A stretch of 64,000 nucleotides of DNA from Epithemia pelagica. Lineage: Eukaryota > Protista > Bacillariophyta. The notes beneath the pieces are model-generated. The model had not been told where the DNA came from, ran no database searches, and saw only the letters and a program-made list of their open reading frames with translations. Position 1 is the stretch's first letter, and each line of letters opens with the position of its first letter. Positions 8,226-17,700 of this stretch are shown here, piece by piece. The position numbers were made by a program, and so were the translations under genes. The stretch is from positions 434,001-498,000 of the forward strand of contig OX337236.1 of NCBI GenBank assembly GCA_946965045.2, in the 5' to 3' direction.

Positions 8226-10883
8226 TTAGAGGTGTGCGGGATTGGTCCCATTGGTAGATAAGGACGGAGGACCGCCTGCCCCGAAAGCGGCCGAATACGT
8301 AAACTGCGAAATGAGAATATTCCGACGTTCCCGTGGTAAGATCTTGGTGAAAAGATCAGCGATGTTGGATTCAGTATCTTCCTTGCCCACACGGATAATA
8401 GATGCCGCTGCTGCCTCGCGTACCGAGTGGTAGTTGATAGCATTGTGCCTCTTGCTCAAGACTGAAGACGGGAGACTCGTGTTTTTCACGACACCCCGGT
8501 TGTCACAGAGAACACTCGCCGGACCAACCAAAGGAACCCCAAACATCCGAAGTTTGTACCGTAATGCGACGATCATTTCCTTGGCGATACGAAGCGCGAC
8601 AAATTCGCTGCCAAAACTTGAAGTCTCAACGGTATTTTGCCTCTTGGAGTACCACAAGATGGGAGCATTTTGCACAAAGATGAGTATACCGGTGTGAGAT
8701 CGACGAGTGACAACGTTTCCAGCATGGTCAGCATCCACGAAACATGTGATACTGACAGGACGCCCCAATGGTGGAGGCATTTTACTTGGAATCTCCTCGG
8801 CAACTTCGCCGTAAAACTCTTTCCAATCGTCAATTGGCACTTGGGGAAAACATGACTCATCCAGCACCACGTCCTTTGGATCAAAGACCAGCTTCAGCTT
8901 CGAGTGCGACTTGAGGAAAGCAAATATGTGATAGACTGCCTCCAAGTGACCGACCCTCGGGTTTGCCAAGAATTGTGAAAGAATGGACACTTCCAAGTAG
9001 ATGTCCACTCGCCCAATCTCCACGGCCCAACGTAACACACCAATCAACTGTTGATACCGCGACGTTAATGCTGCGTTGAGTTCTGGGGTTGTGTCCAACT
9101 CCGGCTTGTAAGAAGAGACAACCGGTACCTTGGCCGTCGTTTTAAGGTGTTTCCCGTCCCCGTCTTCCTTGAGAAGATCTTCCACGATTCGAATCGCGTT
9201 GGCGACATATTTTTCACTGGACATGCCCCATGCCCATGACCCGCTTGGCAAGTTGTGTTTATATATCTGAGCGCCGAGATACACTGTTGGCTCACCCACG
9301 CTCCCTGCTTTGATCTTGTAATGTTTATCAATCTCGTCAAGTACCGGATGCGGATCTTCGCTTACCAATAGTATGTCATCCACATAGACTAATATGATCT
9401 CATAATATTCCTCTCCCAAGCTTCTCCTCGCCTTCCTCCGTAGGACACATGGATCCGCTTGGGTGTCAATGAAACCCATATCATAAAGGGTCACCATGAG
9501 CGTGGCCCGCCAACTTGCACCGGAGGATTTCAACCCGTATAGGGCCCTTACCATGACACAGACCTTTCCCTGAAACTCGTTCCCCACTTCCGGACCCCCA
9601 TGAAACCAAATCTTCTCTCGACATGGCGCATTCAAGTAGGCATTACCTATATCACACGCGAGTACCTTTAGCCCATTGAGTGCGGCAATGAGGAAAGCAA
9701 TCCTGATTGAGTCTCGGCTGACGACGCTCGAGTAGGTCAGGCTTGACGGCGCGTCAGTCATATGCCCCCCTGCCACGAGCCGTGCCTTCCTGGTAAGATC
9801 CATTTTTATGTCAAAAACCATATGACATTTAATTTCCGTATACCCGATGAGCTGCCGCCCTGCCCGTACCTCTTCTAGATCCAGATCGTCCCTCGCTTCC
9901 CATGCTACCTTCACTACCCTGAGCTCCTTGTCTATCGCATCCCTCCAGAAGGTAGTTCCAGTTACCCCATCAATCTTTAGTGCCTCTTCAACCGAATGGG
10001 GTAGCTTTATCCCATATTTCTCCGTGGTCTTCCAATATTTCTTCTTCACTTTCTTCACCATCCGACGCATATGGTTTAGCGTCTGTGGCACCCACCACTT
10101 GAATGCTGGTTCTTCCACTAGCCCTTGTGCGACCGCGTACTCTGCCAACTCGACTGCGTACCCATTTTTCGCGTCCCTAAGAGGTATCCACATTTGCGTC
10201 CCGTCTCGACATTCGACAGCTATTTCCCATCCTTTCGTCGTTTTCTTCGGGTGCCGATTCCCGTTCTGTCCCACATGGTATCCGTCCTCGATGGCCACAG
10301 CGTCCCCGTTTTTCCTGTGACCGACGATCTCCTGTATAACGACGTATCTCTTTCCCTCCGTGTCCAGCTGTGAATAGAGATTTTCCGCCACCAAGTTGGC
10401 AGTGTATTCCTGTATCACGCCACCAGGAAAGCTTACCTGGTACGTTCTTGTGTCGAATTTCGGGTTTCGATTGAACTTTCCTACTGGCTTGCCATCTAAC
10501 CCTTTTTGCCGTTTTTCCACTGTGCCAAACATCTGCTCACCTCCCATCTCGACTTGTATCTGTGCTCCGATGTACTCGTCGTATCCTTCCCCGTGCAAAT
10601 CGGCCTCATCTGTCTCCTCGACGATCATGTCACCATATTCGTCGTCCGTTGGGACGATCCCGACACGTCCCCGTCTTTCCTCTTCCGGTTCTACATCCTC
10701 GAGATAACCCGGCCCATTTCCTTCTTCATCGGTGAAATTCTGATCGTCTAACCTCTCCTCAACAATCAACTTGAATTGTTTGACCCTTTCGGCAATGTCT
10801 GGCTTTCCCATATCTTCTTCCGTGACATGTTGCACCGTTGTCCGAGCAATCACCTTTCCCCCTTTGTCAAGATCCAGTAGCAA
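8226..10883 (-). CDS. pol: Element A pol, 3' part: integrase C-terminus with chromodomain-like tail, reverse transcriptase, RNase H
   Basis: RT motifs KARLVAGGH, DIGNAYL, ALYGLKSSG, LVYVDDIL. RNase H motifs FVDADHAG, SEFVAL, ADLFTK. Joined to the upstream ORF by a -1 shift at about 10858-10862. Confidence 0.92.
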   Translation of the reverse strand: MLLDLDKGGKVIARTTVQHVTEEDMGKPDIAERVKQFKLIVEERLDDQNFTDEEGNGPGYLEDVEPEEERRGRVGIVPTDDEYGDMIVEETDEADLHGEGYDEYIGAQIQVEMGGEQMFGTVEKRQKGLDGKPVGKFNRNPKFDTRTYQVSFPGGVIQEYTANLVAENLYSQLDTEGKRYVVIQEIVGHRKNGDAVAIEDGYHVGQNGNRHPKKTTKGWEIAVECRDGTQMWIPLRDAKNGYAVELAEYAVAQGLVEEPAFKWWVPQTLNHMRRMVKKVKKKYWKTTEKYGIKLPHSVEEALKIDGVTGTTFWRDAIDKELRVVKVAWEARDDLDLEEVRAGRQLIGYTEIKCHMVFDIKMDLTRKARLVAGGHMTDAPSSLTYSSVVSRDSIRIAFLIAALNGLKVLACDIGNAYLNAPCREKIWFHGGPEVGNEFQGKVCVMVRALYGLKSSGASWRATLMVTLYDMGFIDTQADPCVLRRKARRSLGEEYYEIILVYVDDILLVSEDPHPVLDEIDKHYKIKAGSVGEPTVYLGAQIYKHNLPSGSWAWGMSSEKYVANAIRIVEDLLKEDGDGKHLKTTAKVPVVSSYKPELDTTPELNAALTSRYQQLIGVLRWAVEIGRVDIYLEVSILSQFLANPRVGHLEAVYHIFAFLKSHSKLKLVFDPKDVVLDESCFPQVPIDDWKEFYGEVAEEIPSKMPPPLGRPVSITCFVDADHAGNVVTRRSHTGILIFVQNAPILWYSKRQNTVETSSFGSEFVALRIAKEMIVALRYKLRMFGVPLVGPASVLCDNRGVVKNTSLPSSVLSKRHNAINYHSVREAAAASIIRVGKEDTESNIADLFTKILPRERRNILISQFTYSAAFGAGGPPSLSTNGTNPAHL

Positions 10884-13800
10884 AGGTCACTCCCGATTCG
10901 ATGCGCAATCCCTAACCAGTATCCCAGCTGCACGAGATCGTCCGCTGCATCTGTTTTGGCATTGTTGTGAAACCACACGAGGTCATAGAAGGAAAAATCA
11001 ATCCACTCCGAGATGTCCGGTGTATCTCCTGAGAGTCGTTCTAAGCCGGAACGGCCGTCATGTCCCCGGGCGACTCGACTGAGTACACCGGCCTCGTAAA
11101 CAAGACCATAGTCCCAAAGCCTTCTTGGGACATGAAGATCCATGGCACGTCTGTGCCACCTCTGTTTGAGCAACCCGATCTCGCGTTCGGCACGGTGATT
11201 TTGTTTTCCCGTATTGCGCTCTGTCCAGTGCATGTCAATACGATGCATGCGGACCAATTTCTGGAACATGGTGGATTCACCAACCTGCTCTCCGGCCATA
11301 TCTGCCGTCATCTTGTCGGGTATGCCGACTTCATCAATGAACCTTGCAAGCGCTTGCCCGACATGTGCCTTGCTGACCATGGGATAAACCGAGGTGAACT
11401 GCCCGTCGGTGAAGACTTGGGCACACTTGTTCCCTGACAGCGAAGTCGTTTTCGAAAATAGAGTGTCCGTATAGATACGCGTTTGCAATCTGTTACGATG
11501 TAGGGCTAAGTTATCCACGCGGTATCGTCGTGTGATAGGCGAGATAGCCGTCCGGATCCCCTGTTGGGTGGTTACTCGGAGGGTAGCCCGAGCCGAATCG
11601 AGTCCAATGCGCCACTTGCGACTGAGTGATTCCGGTGTGACTGCCCCATGTCGCGTGCTCTCCACTTGCTTGACACGCGGACGAGCGGCCAGCTCGCGGT
11701 TGATTCCTTGAGGTACCAGAGCAGCCGAGATCGCTCCGACCCCGGCCATGCCCATGTCATGCGTCTCGAGGTACGGACTGTCCCCTTTTTGCAACAAGTC
11801 TACCGTATGGGGATCCCATTTTTCCTGCCGAGTAAGGACGACCGACGGCAAACTCTCGATGTCTTGAGGACTGGGTGCCCGGGACTCAAAATACACCGTC
11901 GTTCCGCGTAGCTGAAACGGAATGTGGAACCCATCGATCCATATCCCAAACCCTTCCTTGTCCTGCCGCGTCGGGTCATCTCGGACGTCATGCCCCGCGT
12001 GGCGCACCTGATTTTGATTCAATAAGGATTTGTCTAATCTGTTACCGAACCACAGCATCTGATGACCAATAATCACAATTTCCATCCCAGACTTCCGATC
12101 CCTCACCACCGTTGCACATGTCGCGACTGGGACGGATGTTGCCCCCACTTGATTGCCAGCGAAATCATTCACTGTGCATTCCATGCCAGTTGTCTCCACC
12201 AAGGTCCAGTTGCGTCCAGCGCAACACGTATCTGCCATGGTATCCATTTCGTTTCTGCCAGTCTCTCCCCCGGATCCTTGCTTCAACAACCAACCTTTCT
12301 CCACCTTCCCGACCCGTCTCTGCGGACCACAATTCACTACCGATATGCCATGGCGGCTACTCCCCGAATCGTCCCCATAAGCCCCGTTCCCGAACCTTCT
12401 CCCATTGGTGCTTCCGCGCTCTCCCTGAGTATTGCCGTCACTTCCCCTATTGCCGTCACTTCCCCCATTGCCCCCGCTGGTGGTGCGATTCCCCTCGTTG
12501 GTGATATCCGTGATGACGGATTGGTTCTCCATTTGAATTTCGGCGACCCCACGGCCTCCACCATGTCGTCCACCACCATGTCCTCGTACACCGCGACCAC
12601 GTCCCCGGCCACCGAAAGTACGGCCGCCACCACGACCGCCCTGTGCTCGAACACGTTCCCGTTCCTGATGGATGTAAGCTTGGCCACTGGGACCTAACAA
12701 GTTCATTTCTTGGCTTGAGAATCGGCGGGTGACATCAGTCACGTCCACGCCAAAGAAGGTGTAAACGCCATTGTTCTGCTCAAGGCCAGTAAAATTGCGC
12801 GGCCGATTACTTGATGTGGCTTCCGAAACAAAGCGGTGACGCCCTTGGTTGCGACGGTTCCCGACAGCGACATCCGGGTAGATGTCAGATATCTCTCGAG
12901 AGATATACGCAATAGCCCCTTGAAGATCGGTCCGGTGGTTGCTTCGAACGTACGATTTAATCACAGCGAACTCTGCTGTCGCCACCTTCATATTATCGAT
13001 GAGAATCTTGACCTGGTTCGCCGTAGACCGGCGATTTGGGGTGCTATCCAACGTCCGAAAAGCACGCAATAGTTGTGCCGAGTACGAGTCAAAGCTAAAT
13101 ACACGTTCGTTTTGATAGACCACCGTTTCTAAAATAGCTTCAGCCTTGGAGATGCGACGTTCCTTCTGTCCCCCCCCATCGAAATGATCGACCAATGCCA
13201 TCCATGCGCGTCGACCATCTTGTGAAGCCTGGAAAGGCTGAATCCACGTCGCAGGTTGATCCTTGACAAGGTCACTCAATAGGCGAAACACTTCCTTGTT
13301 GTCTTCTTTGAAGTACGGCCCACCTAGAGGGTAGCTATAGAGCTCTTGTTCCCTAGTGCTTGCAAAGACATGGGTAGGCGCTAAATCGGGACGAATCACG
13401 TAGTCCAATGGTGCCTTCTGTTTTCCATAGATATGCGATAGGTAGGTTGGGAACTCTTGACTCCAATCCTCCCAGTCTTCTTCCTTGAGGGCAGAGGGCT
13501 TAATATCAGGTGCAGAGGATTTCTCCGACTGGATCTCCATTGCGTCCAGGGATTCGGCTAGGACAGCAGTTGTGAAGTCTCCGTAGTTAAGCGGACGGCC
13601 TTGACGACGCGCTCTGGCGGACCAGAAGCACATTCCTTGAATGTTCTTTACGACGCTTGAAGGAATCGCCACGTTGTGCGGGTACGGGCGCTTTTCCAGC
13701 CTCGACACCAGTTGGGTCACGTCATCCGATGTCATTCTTCCATATGACTCTAGGGTGTTAAGGCGTTCGGTATGTTCCAGGGCGTATATTTCGAAAGGAT

Positions 13801-14016
13801 TCGCGCCACATACACTAAGTGCCATTCCCACAGCAGAGAGGGGTGGTGGTGGTGCTGGAACGCCTGGAGGTATTCCACCTCCTCCTCCTCCTCCAGCGCC
13901 ACCACCGCCTGCTCCTCCTCCTCCGCCTCCAGCGCCGCCGCCTGCACCTCCTCCTGCACCTCCTCCTGCACCTCCTCCTGCACCTCCTCCTGCAGCACCG
14001 CCGCCGCCTCCGCCTC
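10850..14016 (-). CDS. Element A gag-protease-integrase, portion downstream of the element B insertion
   Basis: Gag-like region (EDWEDWSQEFPTYL; PLDYVIR), RGG-rich region, protease-like EMDTMADTCCAG, integrase YTDTLF...TADMA...QNHRAEREIG. The ORF-track start at 14155 lies inside element B's LTR. Confidence 0.88.
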
Positions 14017-14799
14017 TGTTACAATTCTTTCTGAATCGTAGGGACATTGATGCTCGGTAGAGCAGACAATCAGGTAGGTCACCAACCGATACAAGCTTCT
14101 CAGGGTCAGAGAAGCAAGCAAGTCGAAGTCTATCAGAAGGATAGTCGGGACACAAAAGAGGATGTGATAAATGGTGATATTGTTAGATTGTGTGTTGATT
14201 ACTACGATAGGTCTACGTGAAATGTTCGGTCCTGCCAAGGGTCATGTGTCATAGGTTCTTGGCGGCAACAGGTTTGGAATAGTTGGAGTCGATTCATGTG
14301 ATGTATATGACATGTATATGTGGGTGGATAACATATACAGGGTCAACAGCTCTTGCTTTGAGTTGGCATAGTTGTTTTCATGGCGCGCAGCTTGTTGACA
14401 ATTTGGAGATTGTGGGAATGGAAATATGGTCTCGCGTGATCGTGTGTCGTGCTTGGGATACTTAGACCGTTGGATCGGATAGATGCCGATAGCGCTCGGA
14501 TGTCGCTTGGGCGCGCTCGATGATTTCGGGCGCGTATGCTTAGGGCGTTAGTATAATGTCCGAGCAACGGCCAAATTTATGTCCGTTGTAATACCGCACG
14601 ACCCAGTTTAGTCTTGAGAGTGAGTTCGTCAATCTATTCTCACTTTTCATGATTTGCGAAGAAATATAGGTCGATATAGCGCGAAGCTAGGGAACATAGC
14701 TCGAAGCTAGATGGCATGATGCGATAGCACGAGGCTATGTGACATGGGGAATCGATGAGATGTAGAATCTAACCACCATAGACGGTGAGAATTCTAACA
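14017..14799 (-). repeat. 3' LTR of element B
   Basis: tgttacaattc...gaattctaaca; direct repeat of 21618-22400. Confidence 0.96.
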
Positions 14800-17700
14800 C
14801 TCCCCACAACTCGTCGTTTCAGCCTTGTCATCATTGGATTTGTTGAGGTCTTGAACTTCTCCTTTCCAAAACAACAATGGCTTGAGCATGGGCCAAATAG
14901 ATACGAAATCCCAATGTTTGCTAAGGATATCGGCAGGGTTGGTCTTTCCATCTTTCCAGTAGAATGCAACATACTTTGCTGCGATGGCTTCACGAACTCG
15001 GTGGTATGACAGAAGATGGTGTCTCTTGGATAGTATGGAATGAGGAACGGTTGCATTGAGCACAACAGATCTGTTATCTCCGTACATGTAACTTCGCTCT
15101 CGGATAGGTACTCCAAGGTAGCGGAGAGAATGTCGTAATTCTGTAATCTGATCTATTGCTGTCCTTGCAGCCACAAACTCGGATCCATAGGTAGCAGTTT
15201 CCACCGTGCTCTGTCTCTTGCTGTACCAATCAATAGGTGTTCCGTTCAACAAATGTAGAACAGCAGTGACGGATTTACCAGTGACTATGTCATGCATGAG
15301 ATTGGCATCAACATAATGAGTTGTGGTAACATAGCGGCCAAGAGGTGTTGGGCAGTCTTCAGGAATACGTTCACTTGCATTCGAATAGACAGTGCGAGTC
15401 CAATCAAATTCTTGGGTAGGAAGACTTGAATAATCAGGCTCTCCAATCCTAAATCTGATTGCGCCTTCTGGGAGATGTGCAAGGTATCCATAGATACGCT
15501 TGGCTCTATCAAGATGTCCTTTCCTCGGAGCAGCACGAAAGCGTGATAGTGTCATTGTAGCGGTGAAGACGTCGAAACGACCAATAGTGATCACCCATTG
15601 GAGTTGTCCAATCAGAGTTTGGAAATGGTTAGTACCTTCTTCATCAAGGAGCTCAGAATCATCCAATTCAGGATGGTCTCCACCAATAAGAGGTGTTTTG
15701 GCTTTCTTGGGTTTCTCCTTGAAGATTCGTTCGAAAGTGTCCATCATCTTACCAATGTAGCGTCTTGGATCTGCTACTAACGTTCCATCAGAATCCTTGG
15801 TGTAACAACATCCCAAGTGAAAATCAATAGGTCCATCTCCTTTGAGTTTGAAGTTGTATTTCTCCTTCAGGATCTTGCAGATATTCCCAGGATCAGTAGA
15901 AATAATGGCTAAGTCATCAACATATACGGCAATGTATTCGTAACAATCTTCTCCAGGTGCCTTCCTCATCCAGATATCCGGATCTGCTTTGCTTGGTGAA
16001 AATCCCATGTCTGTCAAAACATCGAATAAGACATCATGCCAGCGTGCGCCTGATGACTTCAATCCATAAAGTGCCTTGTATATAATCAGGATGTGACCTT
16101 CTAATTGCTTGAATTCAGGTCCTGCGACAATGAAAAGTTTCTCCCCTGTCAAGGCTTCCAGATATGCGTTTCCAATATCTGCTCCCCATATTTCCAAGTC
16201 ATTCAAAGTACCCAGGAATAAGGCAATGCGGAGGTTGCGAATGGAAACAACACCTGAATAGATTGTCTCAACAGGTTCTTTTGTGAGATGTCCATCTGCG
16301 ACAAGTCTTGCTTTATGTCGTCCATCATGTTTTACGTCAAAGACAAGATGTACACGTATCTTATGATATCCTTCAGGTGCATTGGATACTTTCCCTTTAA
16401 TGAAGATGGCTTTCCCAAAATCCTTGAATGTCTTGTAGGACTGGATCTGTGACAATTCTAATTCTGTTGCATCTTGCCACTTTGTGTTGCCATGTTGTTT
16501 ATCAAGAGCGACAGCTTCCTCATAATTGCGTGGTACTTGGAATCCAAACTTATACTTGACGGAATGGTGAACTTGTTTAATCCTTGACTGTTTGGCTGCT
16601 CGAATGAGACGTTTGCTTGTTTTGACATAACGTTTCAAATGCTTCCATCCAGGTTCGTTGAGTAAATCATGTTTCTTTCCATAAATTGCTACAGTGATCG
16701 GATCATCATTGGCGATGAGTGATAAAGGTTCATAGGTAGTCTCCCCAGTTTCCCAATCAACAAGCAAATTATATTTGCTCCCCTTGTAATCTGGATCAGT
16801 TGTGTTCAGTGGGCCTTGATGGGCAATGACGTCCCTGAACCTGAAAAGATTATCTCCAGAGGTTTGAGCTTGGTTATCTCGTTCGATATACTCCATGAGT
16901 TGATTATAGGATATCATCTCATCAACATCAGAATTTGTCTTTCGGTAGATGTACTTGACACGTTCTTCCTGTTTCGTTGCTTCTTCATTAAGATCAATGA
17001 CTCGTTTGATGACACGTGCACGGTGTCGCTCCCCATTTTCTTCTGTGTCGCATAGGAATGTGCGTCCTATCATGTCGTCAAAATCGATCGTGGGTATTGG
17101 TTTGGATGGATCTTCACTATCACTGCGAATGAAGACAGTGTCAGCTTGCTTATCATTGTCATCCTTCTCAGACGAATCCTCCCCTGAAGGTCGATCCACA
17201 CGTAGGTTAGGTGTAGTGGATTCAACACGGCGAACGGCAGAACGGTAGATGATCTGGTTATCCTGGGTGAGAATCTTCCAAGTAAAAGAATCACCAACGT
17301 TGTGAGCAAAACCAACCCAGTGGCCAAGTTTCTCATCAGAAGAAGATGGATATGAACCGGAAGTGGGTTCAGCGGGGTCGACACGGTAGTAAACCTCATC
17401 CCAGAAAGGAAAGAACAAGAGATGAGTAATGTCGGGTGGGCGTCCGGAGAGAGCCTCAAGAGGAGTGCGACCGGAGTGGGTGGGTGATGACGTATGGTTC
17501 AATAAGTCACAGACATACTCAAGGCAAAGAAGCCAGGTGTTGGCAGGGCAACCAGTGGCATTCATGAGAGCGTTGGTCATACGTTTAACGGTCTGGTAAC
17601 GGTTTTCAGCCTTATTCTGGTGTTGATGATAAGGTTCGGATCGATACTCCCCAATAAGCAAAGTGCGAAGAATGTCTTTAACCTTTTGAGAGATGAGGGA

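Noticed and set aside
12062-14060. Antisense ORFs (12062-12697, 13641-14060 Pro-rich, 13750-14238) in element A
   Set aside because: Mirror frames of Gly-rich or low-complexity gag codons.
14017-14799. Short ORFs inside element B LTRs (e.g. 14283-14465, 14343-14567)
   Set aside because: Short, no motifs, and duplicated only because the LTRs are identical.
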